A stretch of DNA of 41,448 nt from an uncultured Bacteroides sp. GTDB taxonomy: Bacteria; Bacteroidota; Bacteroidia; Bacteroidales; JACABE01. Positions 25,645 through 35,712 of the stretch are shown here, in pieces; the stretch's first letter is position 1; each line of letters begins with the position of its first letter. The DNA lies in assembly GCA_964618755.1 (NCBI GenBank), contig CAZUCB010000004.1, forward strand, positions 1 through 41,448. Direction: 5' to 3'. A program made the position numbers and the translations under genes. Under the pieces are notes generated by a model, which did no database searches, had not been told where the DNA came from, and was given only the letters and a program-made list of their open reading frames with translations.

Positions 25645-26985
25645 ATGAATATAATTATTGCAGGAGATGGTGAAGTTGGTTTTCATTTAGCCAAATCACT
25701 TTCATTCGATAAACACAACATAACTGTAATAGATGCTAATCAGGAATTACTAAAAATGATTGAATCACATACTGATTTAATGACAATAAAAGGAGATTCC
25801 ACATCAATAGCAGTTTTGGAAAATGCTAATATTGGAAATGCAGATTTACTAATTTCCGTTGTTCATCACGAACATATTAACTTAATGACATGTATTTTAG
25901 GTAAAAAATTAGGTGCAAAAAAGACCATAGCTAGAATTAACAATGTTGAATATCTCACTGCTGAAAATCGTGAACTATTCCAATATTTAGGAATTGACTC
26001 ATTGGTTTGCCCCGAAAGAATTGCAGCCAAAGAAATTATTAATTTACTCAATCAAACAGTTGCTACAGAAGTCTTTGATTTTTCTGAAGGAAAGTTAATG
26101 TTATTTTTAATACGATTGGATGAAAATGCATTGGTATTAGATAAAACGCTCAATCAAATTGCAAAAGAACATTCTAATCTTGACTTTAGAGCAGTTGCCA
26201 TACACAGAAACTCTAAAACGATTATACCCAGAGGAACTGATACTTTTCAGAAAAATGATTTAATCTATGTAATTACAAAACCATCTGGTATGAACGAATT
26301 GTTTAAATTAGGTGGAAAGGTTAAAATTGATATTAAAAATATTATGATTGTCGGAGGAGGAAGAATTGCCAGAAAAGCAGCGATTAGTCTTCAGGATAAA
26401 TTTAATATTAAACTTTTTGAGATTAATAAAGAAAGATGTTTTATGTTGACTGAAGATCTAGATAAAACGCTAATTATTAACGGAGATGCAACAGATATTC
26501 AACTTCTTGAAGAAGAAGGTATTCATAAAATGGATGCATTTATTGCGTTAACTGATCATACAGAAACAAATATTTTAACTTGTTTACACGCAAGAAAATT
26601 CGGTGTAAAAAGAACCATAGCTCTAGTTGAAAATATTGACTATATTGATATTTCGCAGAATATTGGTATTGATACCATTATCAACAAAAAACTTATTACA
26701 GCAAGTTATATTGCTCGCTTTACCATAGACGCATTGGTTACTTCCATCAAATGTCTGAGCGGAATTGATGCAGAAGTGCTTGAATTTTTAGTTAAACCAG
26801 GTTCATTAATTACAAAAAAACCAATTCAAAAGCTTGATTTTCCTGAAGGTGCAATTATTGGAGGAATAACCAGAGGCGATAATAGTTATATTGCAATTGG
26901 TGGTTTTCAAATTCTAGAAAATGACAAAGTTGTAGTTTTTGCATTGCCCGAAGCCATACATAAAATTTCCAAATTATTTCATTAG
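25645..26985 (+). CDS. trkA: Trk potassium uptake system NAD-binding protein TrkA (two RCK repeats)
   Basis: Two Rossmann starts, IIIAGDGEVG and IMIVGGGRIA, each followed by an RCK_C-like segment. Confidence 0.9.
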   Translation: MNIIIAGDGEVGFHLAKSLSFDKHNITVIDANQELLKMIESHTDLMTIKGDSTSIAVLENANIGNADLLISVVHHEHINLMTCILGKKLGAKKTIARINNVEYLTAENRELFQYLGIDSLVCPERIAAKEIINLLNQTVATEVFDFSEGKLMLFLIRLDENALVLDKTLNQIAKEHSNLDFRAVAIHRNSKTIIPRGTDTFQKNDLIYVITKPSGMNELFKLGGKVKIDIKNIMIVGGGRIARKAAISLQDKFNIKLFEINKERCFMLTEDLDKTLIINGDATDIQLLEEEGIHKMDAFIALTDHTETNILTCLHARKFGVKRTIALVENIDYIDISQNIGIDTIINKKLITASYIARFTIDALVTSIKCLSGIDAEVLEFLVKPGSLITKKPIQKLDFPEGAIIGGITRGDNSYIAIGGFQILENDKVVVFALPEAIHKISKLFH

Positions 26986-27006
26986 AACCGAAAAACTAAC
27001 TAAGAA

Positions 27007-28461
27007 ATGAATTTTTTACTTGTTATAAGATTTATCAGTATTCTTTTGCTAATTGAAGGCGGGTTTATATTAACAGCCCTCCCTTTTTCTTATTATTATG
27101 GTGGGTCTGATTTTAATGCCATTTTGATTTCAGGTTTGATTACTCTTTTTGTTGGATTTCTAATTCGAGTTTTTACCAAAGATGCAGATGCAAAAGGAAT
27201 AGGGAAAAGAGAAGGCTATTTAATTGTTACTTCTTCATGGCTCGTCATTTCCATTTTTGGAACTTTGCCTTTCCTTTTGAGTGGTTCAATTACAAACTTT
27301 ACAGATGCTTTTTTTGAAACCATGTCAGGATTTTCCACAACAGGAGCATCTATATTCAAAGATATTGAAGTAGTTCCTAAAGGAGTTTTATTTTGGAGAA
27401 GTATGACACATTGGATAGGTGGCATGGGAATTGTTGTATTAACAGTTGCTGTTTTACCATTATTGGGTATTGGAGGTATGCAATTATTTAATGCTGAGTC
27501 ATCAGGACCTACTAAAGATAAATTTCATCCTCGTATTACAGAAACAGCAAAAAGATTATGGGGTATTTATGTTTTATTAACTTTTGCTGAAATAGTGTTA
27601 CTTTTGGCTGGAGGTATGAATCTATTTGAGTCAATGTGTCATTCATTTGGGACAATTGCTACAGGAGGTTTTTCTCCTTTAAATAGTAGTATCACAAACT
27701 ACTCACCATATATACATTATGTGATAACTCTTTTTATGATGTTAGCTGGGATTAGTTTTACACTTCATTATTTTATTTTAAAAGGCAAATTTAAAAGGGT
27801 TTGGTTTGATGAGGAAGTAAGATTTTATCTTATCATTATTTTTGGAGCTAGTTTAATAATAGGTTCATTTCTATTTTATGATTCTTTCAATCATTATAAT
27901 AGCATTGAAAAAGCATTCAGAGACGCATTATTTCAAGTAACGAGTATAGTTACTTGTACCGGTTTTGCTACAGCTGATTATATGAAATGGGCTCCAGCTC
28001 TTTGGTTCTTTATTTTCTTATTAATGTTTAGCGGAGGTTGTGCCGGTTCCACCGCAGGAGGTATAAAAGTTATACGTCACTTATTGCTTTTTAAGAATGC
28101 ATCTTTAGAATTTAAACGATTAGTGCATCCTTCAGCTGTGATACCTGTTAGATTAAATGGGAAACCAGTATCTCAGGATATTATTTTTAATATTCTTGCT
28201 TTTTTTCTAATGTATATAACAATCTGGGCAATAGCATCCCTTTTGTTAAGTGCTTTGGGCTTAGATCCTTATTCTGCTATGGGATCTGTTGCTACAACGA
28301 TGGGAGGTATAGGGCCAGGTTTGGGAACAACAGGACCTGCATCTAATTTTGCTATGGTACCAGATTTAGGAAAATGGATACTTTCATTTATGATGCTGAT
28401 AGGTCGTTTAGAAATTTTTACAGTTTTCATACTTTTTGCTCCAAGTTTCTGGAAAAAATAA
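27007..28461 (+). CDS. trkH: TrkH-family potassium transporter
   Basis: 484 aa, multi-pass, with repeated pore-loop-like SGFSTTGAS, ATGGFS, CTGFAT and TMGGIGPG segments. It lies immediately downstream of trkA. Confidence 0.9.
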   Translation: MNFLLVIRFISILLLIEGGFILTALPFSYYYGGSDFNAILISGLITLFVGFLIRVFTKDADAKGIGKREGYLIVTSSWLVISIFGTLPFLLSGSITNFTDAFFETMSGFSTTGASIFKDIEVVPKGVLFWRSMTHWIGGMGIVVLTVAVLPLLGIGGMQLFNAESSGPTKDKFHPRITETAKRLWGIYVLLTFAEIVLLLAGGMNLFESMCHSFGTIATGGFSPLNSSITNYSPYIHYVITLFMMLAGISFTLHYFILKGKFKRVWFDEEVRFYLIIIFGASLIIGSFLFYDSFNHYNSIEKAFRDALFQVTSIVTCTGFATADYMKWAPALWFFIFLLMFSGGCAGSTAGGIKVIRHLLLFKNASLEFKRLVHPSAVIPVRLNGKPVSQDIIFNILAFFLMYITIWAIASLLLSALGLDPYSAMGSVATTMGGIGPGLGTTGPASNFAMVPDLGKWILSFMMLIGRLEIFTVFILFAPSFWKK

Positions 28462-28472
28462 AAACTATTAGC

Positions 28473-29717
28473 ATGCAGTTAAGTCAATATGATGTTATTA
28501 TAGTTGGTGGTGGTGCAGCTGGTTTATTTGCTGCAGGTCATGCGGCTGAAAACGGCGCAAAAGTGCTGTTGCTCGAAAAAATGAATCAACTTGGCCGTAA
28601 ACTTCGAATTACAGGCAAAGGAAGATGTAATCTGACCAATATGGCGCCCATGCGAGAATTTATGGAACATATTGGTGAAAACTCAAGGTTTTTACGCCAT
28701 TCCTTTTCTTGCTTTTTCTCCAAAGAATTAATTGAGTTTTTTGAAAACAAAGGTGTTCCAATTACCGTTGAACGCGGAGAAAGAGCATTTCCAACAAGTG
28801 AACAGGCTCAAGATATTTTTAATGCGTTGGTTGGCTGGGTCGAAAAACTAAAGGTAAGTATTCGCAAAGATAGTAATGTTACTAAAATACTGTACAACGA
28901 AGGCTGCATTCAGGGTGTGGAAGTAAATAATACACAGCTCTATTATGCTCCTAAGATAATTGTAGCCACAGGAGGTTGTTCTTATCCCGCCACAGGTTCT
29001 ACGGGAGATGGTTATAAACTTGCCAAAAGTCTCGGACATAGCATTACAAAAATATGTCCAGCATTGGTGCCTATGGAAACCAAAGGCAATACTGCCCCAG
29101 AACTGCAAGGGCTCAGCCTTAAAAATGTAAAAGCTAGTATCTGGATAGATGGTAAGAAAAAGGGAGATGCCTTTGGTGAAATGATGTTTACTCATTTTGG
29201 TATTACAGGTCCAATAGTATTAACCCTGAGTAGGAAATTTTCGCAAGAATTGCAAGCACGTCAATCCATGATTTTTTCAATCGACCTTAAACCCGCACTG
29301 GATGATAATATTTTAGATGCACGCTTACTCAGAGATTTGAACGAACATGGTAAAATGAAATTTCAATCAGCATTAAGGCTTTGGTTGCCGGGCAAATTAG
29401 CAGTTATCGCAGGAGATTTATTAAAAATTTCGGCAGATAAATTGTGCAATCAGATTTCGGCCGAAGAACGCAAACGCATACGCTTATGGTTGAAAGATTT
29501 TAGATTTGAAATTACAGGCAGCCGCTCCTTTGCCGAAGCCATCATAACCGCCGGAGGTATCGATTTAAAAGAAGTAAATCCAAAAACCATGGAATCGAAA
29601 CTTATAAAAGGATTGTTCTTTGCAGGAGAAGTCCTCGATCTGGATGCAGATACAGGCGGTTACAACTTACAGATAGCTTTTTCTACTGCCTGGCTGGCAG
29701 CAGGCATGAGTTCGTAA
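28473..29717 (+). CDS. HI0933/YhiN(BaiN)-family FAD-dependent oxidoreductase
   Basis: YDVIIVGGGAAGLFAA, GRKLRITGKGRCNLTN and GEVLDLDADTGGYNLQIAFSTAW. The track start at 28374 overlaps trkH, and the ATG at 28473 sits just before the dinucleotide-binding motif. Confidence 0.85.
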   Translation: MQLSQYDVIIVGGGAAGLFAAGHAAENGAKVLLLEKMNQLGRKLRITGKGRCNLTNMAPMREFMEHIGENSRFLRHSFSCFFSKELIEFFENKGVPITVERGERAFPTSEQAQDIFNALVGWVEKLKVSIRKDSNVTKILYNEGCIQGVEVNNTQLYYAPKIIVATGGCSYPATGSTGDGYKLAKSLGHSITKICPALVPMETKGNTAPELQGLSLKNVKASIWIDGKKKGDAFGEMMFTHFGITGPIVLTLSRKFSQELQARQSMIFSIDLKPALDDNILDARLLRDLNEHGKMKFQSALRLWLPGKLAVIAGDLLKISADKLCNQISAEERKRIRLWLKDFRFEITGSRSFAEAIITAGGIDLKEVNPKTMESKLIKGLFFAGEVLDLDADTGGYNLQIAFSTAWLAAGMSS

Positions 29718-29752
29718 ATTAAAAACCCTGCTTTTAAATCCTTAATAATTAC

Positions 29753-29760
29753 TATTTTTG
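29753..29760 (+). promoter_or_regulatory. -7 promoter box TATTTTTG
   Basis: Matches TAnnTTTG and lies 38 nt upstream of the trmD ATG. Confidence 0.4.
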
Positions 29761-29798
29761 CACACAAATTAATTCAATCACCACATCTGGCAAAATTT

Positions 29799-30473
29799 AT
29801 GCGTATAGATATTATTACCATATTTCCCGAAATGTTTGACGGACCTTTTAATCATTCCATCGTAAAAAGGGCTCAGCAAAAAGGGCATGTTGAAATTCAT
29901 TTGCATCAATTGCGGGATTATTCTACCAACAAACACAATAATATTGACGATGCCCCTTTTGCCGGAGGTGCAGGCATGGTAATGATGATAGAACCCGTTG
30001 CTTTGTGTATCGACAAATTAAAATCGGAACGCGAATACGACGAAGTAATTTATACCAGCCCGGATGGAGTATTGTTGAATCAAAAAAACGCAAATAGCTT
30101 ATCTTTATTGAATAATATCATTATTCTATGCGGTCATTACAAAGGAATTGACGAAAGAATCAGAGAACACTATATTACTTCCGAAATATCCATCGGTAAC
30201 TATGTATTATCGGGAGGCGAATTGGCTGCTGCTGTAATTACTGATTCAATAATTCGTTTGATACCCGGAGTACTGAACGACGAAACCTCTGCATTATCCG
30301 ATTCTTTTCAGGACGATTTGGTTTCACCACCTGTATATACCCGTCCTGCTGATTTCAAAGGATGGAAAGTACCCGATATTCTTTTAAGTGGTAACGAAAA
30401 ACTAATCAATGAATGGAAACACGAACAATCCGTTGAACGCACCAAAGAAAGAAGACCAGAAATGCTGAAGTAA
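29799..30473 (+). CDS. trmD: tRNA (guanine37-N1)-methyltransferase
   Basis: [39 protein letters not shown] and [13 protein letters not shown]. Confidence 0.93.
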   Translation: MRIDIITIFPEMFDGPFNHSIVKRAQQKGHVEIHLHQLRDYSTNKHNNIDDAPFAGGAGMVMMIEPVALCIDKLKSEREYDEVIYTSPDGVLLNQKNANSLSLLNNIIILCGHYKGIDERIREHYITSEISIGNYVLSGGELAAAVITDSIIRLIPGVLNDETSALSDSFQDDLVSPPVYTRPADFKGWKVPDILLSGNEKLINEWKHEQSVERTKERRPEMLK

Positions 30474-30598
30474 ATTGTGCCAAAGTGATTTCCATTTCTT
30501 TTTGCATAATATTCATTTTTTCTTTTTGCAAAAGCCTAACTAAATTAATGTTCTTATTTACCTTTTAACGAAGAAAATTTTTTATTGAAACCGAATGT

Positions 30599-30647
30599 CA
30601 AACTAACAAAGAAGCCGCTCATTTTGAGCGGCTTCTTTGTTAGTTTG
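30599..30647. terminator. perfect 22-bp-stem hairpin between convergent trmD and hsp20
   Basis: CAAACTAACAAAGAAGCCGCTC-ATTTT-GAGCGGCTTCTTTGTTAGTTTG. It ends 3 nt from the hsp20 stop. There is no separate U-tract, but the outer stem is U/A-rich. Confidence 0.65.
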
Positions 30648-30649
30648 AT

Positions 30650-31081
30650 TTATGAAATACTTATTTGTCTTGCAGGTTTTTCTTTTGCTTCTTCTCTTTT
30701 AGGAATTTCGATATTTAAAACTCCATTTGTATGAGAAGCAGCAATTTTGTCGTATTCTATTAAATCAGGCAAGCTAAATGCACGTTTAAAAGAGCAATAA
30801 CTGAATTCACGGCGCATGATTTTTTCATGATTTTCTTCATTTTTTTCTTCTTTTTCCGAAGAAATAGTGAGTAAATTATTGTGAATATCAATCTTGAAAT
30901 CTTCTTTGTTTAAGCCTGGAGCAGCTACTTCTATTCTGAAGCTATCTTTGGTTTCGATAACATTTACTGCAGGCATACTATAACTGCATTGATTTTCTAC
31001 AAGAGTTGATAAAAAATCTTTACCAAAAAATTCATCTGCGAAACTTGGTAAATAACTGTGTTTCCTTAACATTGGTAACAT
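30650..31081 (-). CDS. Hsp20/alpha-crystallin small heat-shock protein
   Basis: Alpha-crystallin domain (PAVNVIETKDSFRIEVAAPGLNKEDFKIDI, FSLP, NGVLNIEIPK). A strong SD, AGGAGGA, sits 6 nt upstream of the ATG. Confidence 0.9.
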   Translation of the reverse strand: MLPMLRKHSYLPSFADEFFGKDFLSTLVENQCSYSMPAVNVIETKDSFRIEVAAPGLNKEDFKIDIHNNLLTISSEKEEKNEENHEKIMRREFSYCSFKRAFSLPDLIEYDKIAASHTNGVLNIEIPKREEAKEKPARQISIS

Positions 31082-31282
31082 AATTTTGTCCTCCTATTGT
31101 TTAATTATTAATTTATTTTTATTTGAAACTCTGTAATCAATCAGCGTGCCAAAAAACAAAATAATAATTTTTGAAAGAAGCTATCTGACAAAATGGCAGG
31201 AAGTGAGAAATAATTTCATTTTTAGTCGAAAATAAATGACAAAATGACATGTTTTTATAATTAAAATACTAAAAAGGATCAA

Positions 31283-32551
31283 TTATAATAAGCTAATTAA
31301 CAACTTAATATTCAAAAATGTGATTATAGCTCCAATAATTAATAAAATAATTGTTGTAATTTTTTTATTGGTATATTTTCCCATTACTTTTGGAGAGGAT
31401 GTAAGATAAACCTGCATAAATATAGTAAAAGGAAGTTGAATACTTAAAAGCATCTGTGATATTATCAATCCTTTAAATGGGTTATTTATAAGGAATATTA
31501 TGCCTAAAGCAAGTATTAAAGAAATACCAACGCCTATTTTTGAATGATTGTCTTTTAAATCATAAGGTTCGCCAAATATACCCGCAAAAATAGAACCTCC
31601 TGCCATGCCTGAAGTTATTGTAGAAGCAATACCTGCAAATAAAAGTGCAATAGCAAAAATATTTGAGGCATTATTTCCTAAAAGTGGCATTAGGATACTT
31701 TTAGCTTGTTGTAATTCATTAACCAATACTCCACTTTTAAAAAAAACAGCTGCTGCAAGTAAAATCATTGCACTATTAATTGCCCATCCTACAATCATTG
31801 AGATTAATGTGTCAAAAAGTTCATAATCCAATTGTTTTTTTATAACTTTTTCATTTTCTAAATTCCATTTACGGCTTTGTATAATTTCAGAATGTAAAAA
31901 CAAATTATGAGGCATTACAACAGCACCCAAAACGCTCATTACAATAACCATACTTCCATTTGGTATAACAGGCTTTACCCAACCAATTCCAGCTTCAACC
32001 CAATTTATATCTACTAAAGTTAACTCGTAAATAAATGATATCCCTATTATTGAAACGAAAGCAATAATCCATTTTTCGATTTTTCGATATGTATTACTAA
32101 GCAACATTATATACACAAATATAACAACTAATACTGCACCAATTTGTATTGGGATATTAAAAAGCATATTAAGTGCAATAGAAGCTCCTAATATTTCAGC
32201 TAAAGATGTTGAAATCGAAGCTAATACTGCAGATGAAAGCACAGGTTTTGATATCCATTTTGGTGTATGTAGATTTGTTGCTTCTGCTAAGCATAAACCA
32301 GTTGCAATGCCGAGATGAGCAACATTATGTTGTAATATAATTAGCATGATGGTTGAAAGAGTTACCATCCATAAAAGTGTGTAGCCATATTCTGAACCTG
32401 CAGCAATATTTGAAGCCCAATTACCTGGGTCAATAAAGCCAACTGTAACCAATAAGCCTGGACCAATATAGTGTAAAATGTCTAAACCACCCAATTGTGG
32501 TTTGTGATCTTTTCTTTTTATATCATTTATAAAGGCCTTTAGAAATTGCAT
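31283..32551 (-). CDS. mntH: Nramp-family divalent metal (Mn2+/Fe2+) transporter
   Basis: GFIDPGNWASNIAAGSEYGY (DPGN motif), MPHNLFLHSE, and about 11 TM segments. Confidence 0.9.
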   Translation of the reverse strand: MQFLKAFINDIKRKDHKPQLGGLDILHYIGPGLLVTVGFIDPGNWASNIAAGSEYGYTLLWMVTLSTIMLIILQHNVAHLGIATGLCLAEATNLHTPKWISKPVLSSAVLASISTSLAEILGASIALNMLFNIPIQIGAVLVVIFVYIMLLSNTYRKIEKWIIAFVSIIGISFIYELTLVDINWVEAGIGWVKPVIPNGSMVIVMSVLGAVVMPHNLFLHSEIIQSRKWNLENEKVIKKQLDYELFDTLISMIVGWAINSAMILLAAAVFFKSGVLVNELQQAKSILMPLLGNNASNIFAIALLFAGIASTITSGMAGGSIFAGIFGEPYDLKDNHSKIGVGISLILALGIIFLINNPFKGLIISQMLLSIQLPFTIFMQVYLTSSPKVMGKYTNKKITTIILLIIGAIITFLNIKLLISLL

Positions 32552-32595
32552 AAAGAGAGTGTTTTTAAACTAACAAATTCTACTAAAAATGGTTT

Positions 32596-32631
32596 AAAAA
32601 AAAGGCTATCTTAAATCGATAGCCTTTTTTT
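32596..32631. terminator. bidirectional-type rho-independent terminator
   Basis: 10-bp stem AAAGGCTATC / GATAGCCTTT with a 7-nt loop, flanked by an A-run upstream and a T-run downstream. It lies after the lipoprotein gene stop (32663) on the minus strand. Confidence 0.65.
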
Positions 32632-32662
32632 ATCTTGAAATATTTGTTATAAACAATTATTG

Positions 32663-33613
32663 TTATGGGAGAGCAAGGAAAATTGTTCCCGAATAACTAC
32701 CTTTTACCCAATCAACTTTTAGATGTGTAGGACGAATATTAGGGTCAGTTACAACTTGGTTATTATTGTTGTACCCAAAAGTAATTGTTGCTTTTTTATT
32801 ATCTGAAGGAATTTGATGTATTTTTATACCTGAAACAGGATCCCATCCCCATTTTTGTTTGTGAACAACAGTTTGGTTAATTTGTGTGTAAAAATTTTCT
32901 CCATGACGATTCGTACCCCAAACAACAAGATTGTTATAGTCAGGTGTACTGCCAAGTCCAGATAATGATAATGTTAAATCATTATTAGCATAATTGCCAG
33001 TGTATGTAAATTGGCGATTAACATTCCATGTACGGTTAGTGTTGTCATTAAAAGTAGCTTGTAATGAACCTGCTACTGTATAAACTACAGAACCAGTTCC
33101 ACTTAAATTTTTAATAAGTCCACCGCTAACGTTTTTCCAAATTTTTGTTCCATTAAGAATAAGCCAATTGCCATTAGGAATTCCATTTGGTGCTTTTTCA
33201 ATTTTTAAATTATTAAAAGTAATAAAAACAGTAGTTCCTGCCATTGACCAATGATCAGATACTTTTTTCTTTATACTTAATGAACCTGTTTTTTTCTTTG
33301 TACCTGCACAATTTAAACCATTAAATGTAATAGTATATGTTACTGTGTCAAGACCTATTGAAAAAGTAGAGTCTATTACTGCATTACAAGGTAAGTTTTG
33401 TAAATTTTTTGTATTATCTTTTGATAATACATCATTTGCATCGCTTAATGCATCTTCTGAACTTGATTCCATGGTTATTTCATCTTTTACAAGTTGTTGA
33501 ATTGAAGAAGAATCTGGAATTTTATCGTCTTTTTCATCTTTACTACAAGCTGTAGTCATGAAAGCTACCATTGCAACTGCAAAAAGTAGATTAATAACTT
33601 TTGTTAATTTCAT
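32663..33613 (-). CDS. hypothetical lipoprotein (beta-rich, Asn/Thr/Gly-rich)
   Basis: Lipobox-like signal MKLTKVINLLFAVAMVAFMTTAC|SKD. I recognise no catalytic motif. Confidence 0.55.
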   Translation of the reverse strand: MKLTKVINLLFAVAMVAFMTTACSKDEKDDKIPDSSSIQQLVKDEITMESSSEDALSDANDVLSKDNTKNLQNLPCNAVIDSTFSIGLDTVTYTITFNGLNCAGTKKKTGSLSIKKKVSDHWSMAGTTVFITFNNLKIEKAPNGIPNGNWLILNGTKIWKNVSGGLIKNLSGTGSVVYTVAGSLQATFNDNTNRTWNVNRQFTYTGNYANNDLTLSLSGLGSTPDYNNLVVWGTNRHGENFYTQINQTVVHKQKWGWDPVSGIKIHQIPSDNKKATITFGYNNNNQVVTDPNIRPTHLKVDWVKGSYSGTIFLALP

Positions 33614-33683
33614 TGTTTTGTTTTTTTAGTTTATAATGAAAGTTAGATGTATAAAAAACAAAAAGGTTTAACCAATACTGTTT

Positions 33684-34391
33684 TTATTCATCAATTTCTA
33701 ACTTAAAACCGGCTCCATGAACGTTTGTAATACATATTTTTGGATCTTCTTTTAAGTATTTTCTTAATTTAGTGATAAATACATCCATACTTCTACCTAT
33801 AAAATAATTATCATCACCCCAAATTGTTTTTAAAGCAGTTTCTCTTTTTAATAAAAGATTTTTATTATCACATAACAGTTTTAATAAGTCAACTTCTTTA
33901 CGAGTTAAGTTATACTTGGTGTTAGGGGAAATTAAAGTCATATTTGTATAATCAAAAACAAAACTACCTATATTGAAGACTATTTGTCTTTCAGCAGTAG
34001 AGAGATTGCTTTTTATCATACATCTTTTTAAGATAGCATCAATTCGAAGACTTAACTCTTCAGTGCTAAATGGTTTTGTAATGTAATCATCACACCCAAT
34101 TTTAAAACCTCTAATACGGTCTTCTTTTAGCGATTTTGCTGTAAGAAAAATAATAGGAATGTCTTGATTGAGTTTGCGGATATCATCTGCTAATGTAAAC
34201 CCATCTTTTTTAGGCATCATTACGTCTAGTAGACATAAATCAAAGTGAGTTGTTTTAAATGTGTTAAGTCCATGGACTCCATCCTTACATAGGATTGTTT
34301 CGTAAGTGAGCAATTCAAGATAATCTACTAAAATTAAACTTAAATTTGGATCGTCTTCTACTAATAATATTTTAGCTTTGTACTTTTTCAT
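33684..34391 (-). CDS. OmpR/PhoB-family response regulator
   Basis: Receiver domain (ILLVEDD, LDVMMPKKDG, LTAK) followed by a winged-helix output (LTRKEVDLLKLL...VFITKLRKYL). Confidence 0.9.
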   Translation of the reverse strand: MKKYKAKILLVEDDPNLSLILVDYLELLTYETILCKDGVHGLNTFKTTHFDLCLLDVMMPKKDGFTLADDIRKLNQDIPIIFLTAKSLKEDRIRGFKIGCDDYITKPFSTEELSLRIDAILKRCMIKSNLSTAERQIVFNIGSFVFDYTNMTLISPNTKYNLTRKEVDLLKLLCDNKNLLLKRETALKTIWGDDNYFIGRSMDVFITKLRKYLKEDPKICITNVHGAGFKLEIDE

Positions 34392-34398
34392 GATTTTA

Positions 34399-35712
34399 TT
34401 ATGTATTTAAATTGTGATTAAATGGGAAAAATATTTCAAATGTGCTACCTTTTTTTAATTCGCTCTTTAATTTAATATTACCGCCGTGTGCTTCTACCAT
34501 TGTCTTTACATAAAAAAGACCAAGTCCAAATCCTTTAACATTATGTACATTTCCAGTCGAAACGCGATATAATTTTTTATAAATGTATTTTGCATTTTCT
34601 GCACTTATACCAATACCTTCATCTGAAATATATACTATTATTCCAATATTATTACTTTTTGTAGTAATTGTAATTATCGGTTCTTCAAATGAGTATTTAA
34701 TAGCATTGTCAATTAAATTAGATATAATATGGTAAAAATGAGTTGGGTCTGCAAGAATATGATATGGCTCTGCTTTTAGTTCTAAATTGATTGTGCCATT
34801 TCTTTGTTGTACAACCAACTGAAAATTGCTAACTACATTTTCGATAATTTCATGAACATCTATATCTTTTTTTAATAGTTTAAAATTCCTTTTATCTAAA
34901 ACAGATATTTGCAGAACTTGTTCAACTTGAGTTTTCAAACGAGTATTTTCGTCGAATATTATATTTGCATATTGTAATATTTTTTCTTTTGATTCTAAAA
35001 CGTTTGTCTTTGTAAGCATTTCACTAGCAAGTGATATAGTAGATATAGGAGTTTTAAATTCATGAGTCATATTATTTACAAAATCTGATTTCATTTCCGA
35101 CAATTTTTTCTGCCTTAATAAAATCAATACAGTGAGAATGAAACTAACAATAACTACTAATAAAAATAATGAAGATACAATAAGGAGAAAAATCATCCTA
35201 TTGAGAATATAAGTTTGTTGATTTGGAAAAAAAATTCCTAAATAAATATTTTCATTATTTTTAACGCAAGGAAATGGGAAGGTATGATATGTGTTGAGTA
35301 ATTCATTGTAATATGATTTATTAGAGCAAGTTATTAAACGTTTACTTTTGCCATCTATTATTCCATAAACGTAATCTTTGTTTACTTTCATTCTATTACA
35401 GAACTCACTTTCCATAATAGAATCAAGCTTAATCATGTTTATATTGTGAATCTTGACAAAATTTTTAGCACAAGTATTATGATTGTTTCCATTATTGTTA
35501 TCAAGTAAACATGGCTTACATCCTTCTCTAAAGCTACATCCTTCATCTGTAATTTTTGAAATCACTTCTTCTAAAAACACTTGAACTCTATTATTAAATA
35601 TTTCACCTCTTAATTTCAATGCATAGTTAGCCCAAAGTAATTGAATAACAATAACTCCAATAAGAGAAAGGCTTGAGACAATTGTTATTATTGAAATAAT
35701 TTTCTTATTCAT
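34399..35712 (-). CDS. sensor histidine kinase with Cys-rich extracytoplasmic domain
   Basis: Two TM segments bracket a region of about 140 aa with 7 Cys (GCSFREGCKPC, TCAKN, FCN, TCS, PCV). H box MTHEFKTPISTI, N box NLIDNAIKY, G boxes DEGIGI and GFGLGL. Confidence 0.85.
   Translation of the reverse strand: MNKKIISIITIVSSLSLIGVIVIQLLWANYALKLRGEIFNNRVQVFLEEVISKITDEGCSFREGCKPCLLDNNNGNNHNTCAKNFVKIHNINMIKLDSIMESEFCNRMKVNKDYVYGIIDGKSKRLITCSNKSYYNELLNTYHTFPFPCVKNNENIYLGIFFPNQQTYILNRMIFLLIVSSLFLLVVIVSFILTVLILLRQKKLSEMKSDFVNNMTHEFKTPISTISLASEMLTKTNVLESKEKILQYANIIFDENTRLKTQVEQVLQISVLDKRNFKLLKKDIDVHEIIENVVSNFQLVVQQRNGTINLELKAEPYHILADPTHFYHIISNLIDNAIKYSFEEPIITITTKSNNIGIIVYISDEGIGISAENAKYIYKKLYRVSTGNVHNVKGFGLGLFYVKTMVEAHGGNIKLKSELKKGSTFEIFFPFNHNLNT

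Noticed and set aside
28374-28472. A 33-codon N-terminal extension of the flavoprotein ORF overlaps the end of trkH.
   Set aside because: The FAD-binding GGGAAG motif begins a few residues after the ATG at 28473, as expected for this family. The extension would overlap trkH by 88 nt.
32552-32600. A possible Mn-responsive (yybP-ykoY type) riboswitch in front of mntH.
   Set aside because: Only about 45 nt separate the upstream terminator from the mntH start, which is far too short for that riboswitch, and I see no conserved-looking structure.
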